Source: Antedon mediterranea (lineage: Eukaryota > Animalia > Echinodermata). From it: 64,000 nucleotides of DNA. Location: assembly GCF_964355755.1 (NCBI RefSeq), contig NC_092671.1, forward strand, positions 20,522,001-20,586,000, in the 5' to 3' direction. Made by a program: the position numbers and the translations under genes. Below, one piece after another: positions 54,540-64,000 of this stretch; position 1 is the first letter of the stretch, and each line of letters opens with the position of its first letter. Under the pieces are notes generated by a model. The model did not search any database. It saw only the letters and a list, made by a program, of their open reading frames with translations, and was not told where the DNA came from.

Positions 54540-55064
54540 CTGAAAATAATATCCAATACAATTTTAATGTGGTTTTTTATGACAATCAATTTCAAATTAA
54601 ATATCGACAAGCAATGCAGGCCTTTTAAATTCTTGGGATGCCCTTCGGACCAAGTTTAGTTGAGGTTTAGTTGCTCTGACAATATTTTAGCTTGTCCACA
54701 TTTTTTCATTGAATTTTTGATGTTTTTTTATACCAATTTCTAGATTTTGAACATTAATAACTGGAGTTTTAATTAGTCGCAGTAGCCATGATAATTATAG
54801 GGATACATTATTATGATTTACAATTGCATATTTCAAACTTTTGTATAAACAATGCACATACACAAACTCAATATTTGTGACAGCAGTAAATTGTAAATTA
54901 AACACTAGACCTTTATTTAAAGAAATAAGAGAGCACTATAAAATAGTTTATAATGGAGTGGCTAAAAGTATTATTATTATAAAAGTCTCGTTTATAAACA
55001 CCTACTTGATTAGGTCAGTAATGTACTGTAGGCCTAATGGTGGCAGTATATATTATTTATTAAA

Positions 55065-55410
55065 ACAAGCACGAATGTGCAATACTCGGGGTACAGCGAA
55101 AGAAGCTATAATGACGTCATAAGACCGGATGTAACGTCACATACACATCAAAAACCGCGCTACCAAATACGGCTATACGATACCATCTTCGAGACGTCAT
55201 ATGGCTGCATCCGGTATGAAATTAAAAAATCCGGCTCTCTATAGCTTTGAGGACATGTCCCTGTAGTATATTCATGCTAAATCCGAGCTCAATACTACAA
55301 CGAATAAGGGAGGAGTAGTACTTTATAAATTGCACTTTTTGCTCAATAGTGTCCGGATGGAAGAAGAAGAGGAAAAGATGAGAGAGTCCTAGACTCAGGT
55401 ACCCCGACTA
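55065..55410 (-). mobile_element. Helentron/Helitron2 non-autonomous element (copy A)
   Basis: Sub-terminal inverted repeat CGGGGTAC/GTACCCCG, 3' hairpin GCAC-ATTC-GTGC, T-rich flanks. Confidence 0.7.
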
Positions 55411-55479
55411 ATAAAACGATATATACTCTATATCATTTTTCGTATACAGTATATTTCACCATAAAGTTAAAGAAAAATA

Positions 55480-55550
55480 GGTTTCGCCAGGGCTCGAACC
55501 GGGACCTTCTGCGAGTTAAGCAGACTTGACAACCACTACACTACGAAACC
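55480..55550 (-). pseudogene. tRNA-Val(AAC)-like sequence
   Basis: GGTTTCG/CGAAACC acceptor stem, TCTGC-TTAACTC-GCAGA anticodon arm, GGTTCGAGCC; D and T arm mismatches. Confidence 0.75.
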
Positions 55551-55762
55551 TCTTACACCAAAAATGTGGGTTACACAAAGTTTTTTAATCCATTTAAATT
55601 ACAAATAAATTATTATGTAATAAGCACAAAGCAAGATAAACATGTGTAAAAGTGATAATTACCGATTACATAAAATAAATATTTTTAAAAATAATAAAAA
55701 TAAGATATACTGTATATCATATTACCTTATCAGTACTTTTTACCATAAAGTTGAAAAACAAA

Positions 55763-55834
55763 GGTTTCGCCCGGGCTCGAACCGGGGACCTTCTGTGTGT
55801 TAAGCAGACGTGATAACCACTACGCCAAGAAGCC
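55763..55834 (-). pseudogene. tRNA-Val(AAC)-like sequence
   Basis: Intact A/B boxes and T arm, acceptor-stem mismatches, T-run downstream. Confidence 0.75.
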
Positions 55835-55986
55835 GCATATAACTACATAACGCTGTGGTGTGTGTCACACATTGTGGCTTCTTAATTAAACAAATTAATT
55901 AACAAAAAAGCACGAATGTGCAATACTCGGGGTACAGCGAAAGAAGCTGTATACAGACGTATACAGTTAGAAAGTAAAGAAAAATA

Positions 55987-56057
55987 GGTTTCGCCAGGGC
56001 TCGAACCGGGACCTTCTGCGTGTTAAGCAGACTTGACAACCACTACACTACGAAACC
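55987..56057 (-). pseudogene. tRNA-Val(AAC)-like sequence
   Basis: Near-identical to 55480-55550; anticodon loop TTAACAC. Confidence 0.75.
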
Positions 56058-56264
56058 TCTTACATTAAAAATGTGGGTTACAGAAAGTTTTTTAACCCAT
56101 TTAAATTACAAATAAATGGTAATAAGCACAAAGCAAAATAAAAAAAAAGTGATAAATACCGATTACACAAAATAAGTATTTTAAAAAATAATAAAAATAA
56201 AATATACTCTGTATAATTATCATATTGCGTATACAGTACTTTTCACCATAAAGTTAAAAAAAAA

Positions 56265-56336
56265 GGTTTCGTCCGGGCTCGAACCAGGTACCTTCTGCGT
56301 GTTAAGCAAACGTGATAACCACTACGCCAAGAATCC
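56265..56336 (-). pseudogene. tRNA-Val(AAC)-like sequence
   Basis: Diverged duplicate of 55763-55834 followed by a long T-run. Confidence 0.7.
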
Positions 56337-57074
56337 GCATATAACCATATAACTACATAACGCTGTGGTGTGTGTCACACATTGTGGCTTCTTAATTAAA
56401 CAAATTAATTAACAAAAAATTAAAAATCCGGCTCTATAGCTTTGAGGACATGTCCCTGTAGTATGTTCATGCCAAATCCCAGCTCAATACTATAACGAAT
56501 AAGGGAGGAGTAGTACTTTAAAAATCGCACTTTTTACTCAATAGTGTCCAGATGGAGGAAGAGAAGGAGAAAATGAGTAAGTACTAGACTCGGGTACCCC
56601 GAGTAAAAAGTATCTCTATATACATGCTTGCGATACAGCATTCTGGATGGATTTTAAATGATATTGTTTGTACCTACTAATAGGGGGGGGGGGGGCCAAA
56701 CCACCCGAAAGGGAGAAAATTGCCTTCCAACTTTTCTAGATCAGAAATTTCAGATACTAGAGGGTGAGCTCGCTTCGCTCGCTCCCCCTCTAGGAAGTGT
56801 AGACGATGGTTTTCGGAATGATATTATACGTTTTCTGTCGGTTACCATTATTGAAAATGCTTGACATTCGTAAAACTAAACTACTTTGTTTCACGGTGTT
56901 TTAGATGATTAATAAAATTTTAAAGTACAGTTTTTATTGTTTGGTAGGGCCCTTTGGGGAGGCGGAGGTCATTTGAGGGAGGTGCTTATTCGAGGGATAT
57001 GTTAAATTTTGTAGTTTTAATAATATGGTAACATTTATAATCAAATGAAATCCTCTAATAGATATGAAAAGTGC

Positions 57075-58040
57075 TAAAAAAGAATAACAAATGCTTGGTA
57101 AATTGTAGATAACAGTGCGGTGAATTGGGGGGGGGGGGGGTTTATTATTCAAAGTGATGTTTTATTGGAGAGGCGTTTATTCAAATGAATACCATCCTAA
57201 TAATTATTAATACATTATTTAATTTAATCATCTTTTGAAACTAACTGCCGTGATAGAGTGGGCCCAAGAAAGAAGACATTATGGTACGGCTTGCAACATG
57301 GGCAGACATCTCGGTCCTAACGGGACACAGGAAGATAGCCTACAGTTATTCCTGCAAGCTTACTCAATAAAACTCAGCTATCGGGATTTCACTCGAAAAA
57401 TGTCTTATCATCAAATCTCCCTATGTAATTTTATAATACTATTCCCCACAATATATTCTGATTCTTTATGGCGTATATTTAATTTGATCTTTATTAATTT
57501 GCAGTATAATTCCTATTATTTAACTACTGTACCTTCACGGTATGTTTTAAAATAAACAAAAAACTGAAATTGCTATGATTAATGGCCAACTTAAGCTCCA
57601 GTCCTACTATACTGTATCTGATTATTTTTTTGTCTTCCAAAGGGACACTGTATTGATTGATGGAAAGTGCCCGTTTCCAGTCACCTTTAGGGTCAAATCT
57701 ATTATTTTAACTGCTCCCTTGTGTATAAAAAAGAGAAAATATTTGAAACCAGGTTGTTGCAAGGTGAACTTATCTTAAACCCGGAAATTACTTTGACCGG
57801 GAAGAATTGAAATTGAGATGAAAATCTAATGTTGAAATCATAAATTGTGTTAAAAAACTCTTTATAATATCTTCCTAAGATAGAAATATGGAACAATAGC
57901 GTCGCTGTGTGAACACTAATGTTATCAAATCTACGTTTCGCGGTACATCGATAGATAAGGTAGGTATCCAAGGCGGAGATTTGTACCGAAGTTTTTGCAT
58001 TGTGCTCGCCTATGTCAAAATTAACCATAATTTATATATA
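57075..58040. repeat. Dispersed repeat, paralog of 35050-36600
   Basis: Shared AAAAAGAATAACAAATGCTTGGTAAATTGTAGATAAC... through ...CTCGCCTATGTCA. Confidence 0.7.
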
Positions 58041-59780
58041 GATGGTAATCGATCAGGATAGGAAGCATTTTCGAGATATAATGGGTCAAAGATTAAAATT
58101 GACCAATTATAATAATGTATTATATATGTATTCTAACCAATTTATCGGCACTTGGTAGATAACCCCTTGTTATTTTCCGGATATATATATTTTTTTCTTT
58201 TCCCAAATTTTGTTCGTCATGTTTCTCTAATTCTTGTAGAAATAAAATTGTGTAACTTTGTCAGAAGATTGACCTCTAACTGTAGATGTGCAAGAAACTT
58301 TGTTATATGACGTTACAGTCGTGTAAGTTACGCACAATATTATGGTTGATCATAAAGTCTGAAAAAAAAAATTCATTTTTCAATGAAACTTTACAAAAGT
58401 GTATTATTTCATAATATGGATCACTTTTTGACATAATAAAAATAGCATGCTAAGCAAAAAATTACGCGATTACGTGTATTTAAAATTTAAAAATGTGCAA
58501 AATTAATTTCAAATCAATTTTGTGTACATTTCAGGTCATTTTAAAGCATTTCAAAATGTTTTAATTTTTTTGCGCATGACTCTACAAAGCATAGAAAAAT
58601 GGTTTTTGCAATTGATTTTTGTTTATAAAATATATAATGTTAAAAAATTTAATTTAATCGTGTGCTAAAGAATAGGTAATTTATTGCAAATTTGTGCAAA
58701 AAATATACATATTTCTAATGAGATAGCTCCTCAGGATGGCTGGTTACCCCCATTAAAAAAAAATTATAATGGAAGATGATGAGTTTGTAACTATCAGTAC
58801 CGGATGTTCTGATGTCACCATATGGCCACTAGATTTAAAAATATATAATTGTTTTCTCTTTTGTACTAGTTCATCCCATTTAATAATTTAATGCGTTCCC
58901 CATTTTCTCCTACATTTTAATATGTTTCTGCTAAATCAATTTTCTTTCACATGAGTTATTTACATCATATAAACAAATTAGAATAACGCGAGTTACTTTC
59001 TGTTATAGGTCATCAGAATGAAAGCTGTTATTAAAACTTATTATGGAACCTTTTGAATTGTAGATATGGATTCATACATAACTTTATGGCATGTATGATC
59101 CAAAGGCAAATAAAAATCGACCGATGCTAGCTTGGCCCTATAACTCAGCCTGCGCTGCCTCGTTCAAAACAACAATGATGAAATTCCACCTCACAGCGAT
59201 CGACACGTGTGGCGCCATGGGAGGATTGATCGCTAAAATAATGTTCGAATAGGAATAAAACAGCTTACGACATTTCCTAAGTAATTTTTTTTTTATGAAA
59301 TGTTTAGTGTAATTGCTAAATCCGTTGTCCATTAAATCATATAAGATGCAATGTGTCCATAAAGTAATTATTCTATCTATTAAACATGTGCGTTACCCAC
59401 TGTGTAGCCAAAACATTTATTTACATCCCTAAATTTACAATCGCATATTCGGTAATTTTTACTTAATTTTTTACTCAACGCTATTCAATTGTTGTTTGAC
59501 ATTCATTGCTGAGGCGAAATACATTCGCCAGTTTGGTTCAACAAATTACACAAGAAACTCAAATCGTGAAAATTAAAGGTCACGAAATAGTTAAAAATGT
59601 AAAATCGCGAAAATTTAGGGCCCCAACAATTTTGGGCTTTACAGTAATCTGATCGGACAAATATCAAATTGAGATTTTTTTACAAATCCAATTGGAACCA
59701 ATCTGTAAATGCATTTCCCAAAAAATCAAATCCAATAAAATCAATAATAGCAATGTCTTCTTAAATAAAAAAAAAGTAAC

Positions 59781-61175
59781 TACCGTATATTTCGGTGTAT
59801 AAGTCGCACCTGTGTATAAGACGCACCCGCTAACTGAGAGTAAAATATCGGTATTTTTTATATTGTTGATGTATAAGACGCACCTTATATTTCATCAAAA
59901 CAATGTTTTATTTTAAATTGTAATCAATATTATTGTAATAATATATTTTGTATACGGCGTCCTTTATTACCTCCGCCAAGGAGGTTATGTTTTCACCCCT
60001 GTATGTTTGTGTGTGTGTTTGTGTGTGTCTGTGAACAGCCTGGAGGCCACAGTTTTTATCCGATTCTAACCAAATTTGGACACAATGATCTATGCCCAAA
60101 AAGCTTGGACGAGTTCGAATTTGAGGGGAAAGGTCATAGGTCAAGGTCACAACTAACAAAAAACTATTTTACAGCCTAGAGACCACAGTTTTGATCTGAT
60201 TGTCACCAAACTTAGCCACAATGATCAATGACACATCATATAATTGTGGTTAAATTTTGAAGGGTCAGGGTCAAAGATCAAGGTCCACAAAAAAAAAAAA
60301 AAGAAATAAAAAAATAATAAAAAAAAAAACCCTCAAGTGGGACTTGAACCAGTGATCTCAACTGTGAGAGGCTGGATACATAACCATTACACCACACTGT
60401 CATCCACAACTTTGTAGTGTGCAGTTAACATATTTACACTTAGAACTAATAAAAAAAAATCTAAAAAAAAAAATTCTGGGGGAATTTTATGTAGGGGAAT
60501 TTTACAGTAGGCGGAGGTTTGTACTCTCGGAGTACCCTTTAGTTTAGGTTTTTTCTTACCTAGGCTCGGCCGCGCCCAGCCTCAACAAGTTGTTTCTAAC
60601 TTGTTATTCATGAGTTTCGCACCCGCAATATCGAGTGCATGACCGTGTGTGTAACACGCACGTGTGTGGGCTAGCCTCGCTCGATCATTTCGAGAGGGCG
60701 CACGTTTTCACGGACAATCGTATTCAATTAGTATCTATGTATCCGAGAAGTGTGTACGCTAGGTCCATGCTATAATCACCTGGAGAATATACTAGTCGAA
60801 TACCGTACAACATGTGGCCGCCAAGAAGGGCTTGTGCTGGGGATACGGCGGTCGGTGATCGTGCGTATAACTATAAATAAATACTATTCCAATCGTAAAC
60901 GTTTACAAATGAAATTTTATCGGAGCGCCTAAAACAGCTCCATAATAAACAAATCTTTTCATCATATTTAGTATAACATCACGCTAAAATGCCTTGAAAA
61001 CTACAGTAGGCAGAAGCAGGTTGCCGTTACGTTAGTACACTGTAGCTAGGCCTAGCCTACTCAGGCCTAGCCAACGAGGTGACGATATGTACACTCTGTG
61101 TGATGAGGCATTTATGTTCGGTGTATAAGACTTAGAGGTCAAATTTGCATGTCAAAAGTGCGACTTATACACCAT
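59781..61175. mobile_element. pogo/Tigger-like non-autonomous element
   Basis: TACCGTATATTTCGGTGTATAAGTCGCAC ... TGCGACTTATACACC; right end degraded. Confidence 0.65.
59965..60543 (+). mobile_element. Helentron/Helitron2 (HINE-type) element nested in the pogo-like element
   Basis: TACCTCCGCCAAGGAGGTTATGTTTTC, (GT)n tract, GGCGGAGGT sub-TIR, hairpin GTACTC-TCG-GAGTAC. Confidence 0.8.
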
Positions 61176-62567
61176 TTTAAAGAAAAATAAAATTAGTTCT
61201 AATTGGTTGTGTAGAAGAAAAGTTTTTTATGTCGTTATGATTGGTCAAAAACATTTGTATTATTGAGCCAAACATTAAGTAGGTTACACTTCGGCGTGAT
61301 GTTAGTATTGCATATTCGAAGTCTGGTTTAAAAGTATGACACAGCCTTACGCATGTCCTGTGCGCTGGCCAGTGGTTTTTTGCCAAAATTATCAGTACAA
61401 CTTTATCGTTTACCAAACATCGTTTGTGGTTGTGTACCCAAGTTACATAATTTACATCAAAATGGCTCTGTTCCGTTCATATCAAAAAGTGTTTCAATAT
61501 ACAGTACAGTTTACACATTGACGTAAGACCAAATTGTGCTTCAATAAATTGGTTACCATATATAATTACACTGTTTTAATTAGTCAATTTTGAACTTTCA
61601 GCCATATATCTCGAAAACGCTTACAATACTGATCCAGATTCTTAATATACAGAAAATTCTGGTCTAGAAAATGTGGGTGGTGATTCGCCACTTACCTTTT
61701 GCCACCAGACCCTAATATTAATATACTGAAGTAAACATTATTCAATTATTACGATATGTGTAAAGAAAAAGATCCGATCATGCGAGACATGGGAAAGAAA
61801 TTGTTTAGAGAGTATTACGTTTCATGTCATGTGATACAAGTACAAGATTTTATTGTAAGCAGCCACCTTCATGCGTGCGCTGATAAAGTTTATTGACTGC
61901 CAGTCATATTTGAGTTTAAAAAAACATGCGAGGTTACAAATAGAGTACAGAGACTAAAAAATCTATCTAGTCTATATTAACTACGATCTTTGGTCGACAA
62001 TCCTTTTAAGCTAGCGATCAACTGAACGTTCTGATACTATACTTAGAATGAAGTTTAACCTGCTATGTTAGATCGTGGGAAATTTTGATTTATATTCGCC
62101 GTGAAGTAGGTAAACACGCACGAAGGAAAAGATTATGATTAAAATATATTGTATATTTTTTAGTAATTTACAACTTGGTCCTCTGCAAGTCAAAATTACC
62201 ACAATAATTTTCACACCTTGTTAATTCACAAAGAACATTGTAGGGTTCTTTATTACGGTTAAAACTCCCTATGAACTTCAAAACGTAGCTCATTGAAAGT
62301 TATATATAGTATACTATACTGGGGTTATGAAGCCAAACAACGTAACCTACAAAGCCTTCATTCTATCTAAGAAGCCAGCTCGTAGGAAAAGTTGCAGTAT
62401 TTTCTGTAAAGAGTGTTTGGCACTATCAGTTGTAATCCTTAAAGTGGATATAAGGCCTTTAACCAAATAACTAATTTTGGGCAGAGATAAATTTCAGCAT
62501 GTCAATATCGTGGTTCCATGACTAGGTTGGCAAAAAATAATTGTACAAATAAAACAACCAAGCAGAC

Positions 62568-62789
62568 CTTTCGTTTTTCTCTTTCTCTGTCCTTATCTGA
62601 ATCCTTTTCTTTATTTTCTTCATCTTTTATTTTTTCCTTTCCTCTATCTTTTTTTTCCTGTTCTTTGTGGTTTCCACCTCTTTCTCTTGATCTTTTTCTT
62701 TCTTTACTTGAACTTCTTTGTTTGTTAGCCTTTCTTTCTATGTTCTCTTTTCCAGAGCCACCTCGTTTCTCAGAGTTGTCATTTTGATC
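62568..62789 (-). CDS. TRAF3IP1: TRAF3IP1/IFT54 internal exon (K/E/R-rich region); gene continues beyond the window
   Basis: ttttag|GAT...AAG|gtctgc, 222 nt, phase 0/0, DQNDNSEKRGGSGKENIERK...DKDREREKRK; charged region typical of IFT54 after the CH domain. Confidence 0.85.
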
Positions 62790-64000
62790 CTAAAATTTAA
62801 AAAAATAAGCAAATTATTGTAAAAGTTCAATCAAAGTACATGGAATGAATATAATTTCACACTTGTCAATTTAGAATGAAGATATATAAGAAATATAAAT
62901 TCTCAATAGCAACAACTTTTTTTAATTGAAGTATTATTATTATATTTTAGAATAAATCATCTCACATTGATCACATCATTGTTGGTGCACTACTCTATCA
63001 TTTTGTCAAGAAAGAGTTTGAATAACATGCAGTAAAAAGTGAACTTAAAGTTTTAATTGATATGAGGTCATGCAAATTAGAGTACACATACTATTACTAT
63101 ACTTCATAGCCACTACATACCAATAATATAGATAACCAAAGAATATATATCACAAGAATGAGTAATCCACGATTTTCCCTGTAACAGTAATATTGTCCAT
63201 GTGGTAGGGCGCCGCCATAAGTGAGGATGTATCTGGGATGTATACAACTTTTTGTGACGGTTTCACTAATCAAAGGCTGGACCACCGGTAGTATTTTCAT
63301 GATAAAAAATGTTATCAACTACATGCCAACATCATGTTAAATACTATTTGGATATTTAATTGTTCGTTTTATGGAATTTATTTAGTAAAAACTGCCGTAT
63401 AAACAGTTTGCTTTATCAACCGGGCGCTACGATAGCGTGACCGGGCGTGTTGGTGTTTACGCGTTTTCACGAAGGATAGTTTAATAATATTCCTATATTT
63501 AACTTGTTTCTGGTAAAACAAATAAATGTTAAAATGGACCTGAAATGGATTTTCGATTTTTTTCATTTTAGAATGATGTTTTGGGGGCTATTAGGTGTTG
63601 CTAGAATGTATATTGTTACAAAATATAAATTGGCCCTTTTGGGGAAAGCCCCATTTGAAAATAAAAAAAATTCGCAGGTGACGTCACTTTGCGAATATAT
63701 TCCTATCCCTCCAATGAACAATTTGCAGTTTTTTGGCTATAACTCTTGAAATCTATGGAGTATTTTTTTTTTTTTTGCAGAAACGTATTTAGAATTTTTT
63801 TAGATAAAATTATTACCGTATAAACGGTTATTCATCGAGTAAATGACGATTTAAAATCTTAAAATCAATGGTTTTTTTCTGGCAATACCGAAGTTGGCCT
63901 GGCAACGTTGTCCGGGATACAGCTCCGTGCGCAATGATGCGTATCAATATTTTCCGTTCGTGTATTTTGTATATCGTTCGTAATTTATACTGCTAAAATG

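Larger units (their letters stand above)
55907..56606 (-). mobile_element. Helentron/Helitron2 element (copy B) enclosing a tRNA-Val-like pair
   Basis: Same ends as copy A; interior replaced by a duplicate of about 55470-55905. Confidence 0.7.

Noticed and set aside
55480-56336. Functional tRNA-Val gene cluster
   Set aside because: Each copy has stem mismatches (D/T arm or acceptor) and sits in a mobile-element context; treated as pseudogenes pending tRNAscan-SE.
62518-62787. Plus-strand 89-aa F/S/L-rich ORF
   Set aside because: Antisense shadow of the purine-rich TRAF3IP1 exon.

Overview
AT-rich eukaryotic genomic DNA from an invertebrate animal (the repeat repertoire and abundant TAGGCCTA motifs suggest an echinoderm; this is inference). 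The host gene is the 3' part of TRAF3IP1/IFT54 on the minus strand: 10 exons were reconstructed by hand from 62789 to the stop at 5784, all GT-AG and phase-consistent, including an 18-nt micro-exon. Its introns hold a Harbinger element, two copies of a CMC-EnSpm-type element with subterminal palindrome arrays, nested Academ elements, CR1/L2, L1/Tx1 and R4-type LINE pieces, a Gypsy remnant, a tRNA-SINE, Helitron/Helentron elements and MITEs. The most unusual items are a 162-bp (TA)n-flanked element that begins with a Penelope-type minimal hammerhead motif (two copies differing by 1 nt), and a Helentron-type element that appears to have captured and duplicated a pair of tRNA-Val-like genes. There is no CRISPR array and no prokaryotic system. 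All calls are by eye; no searches were run.
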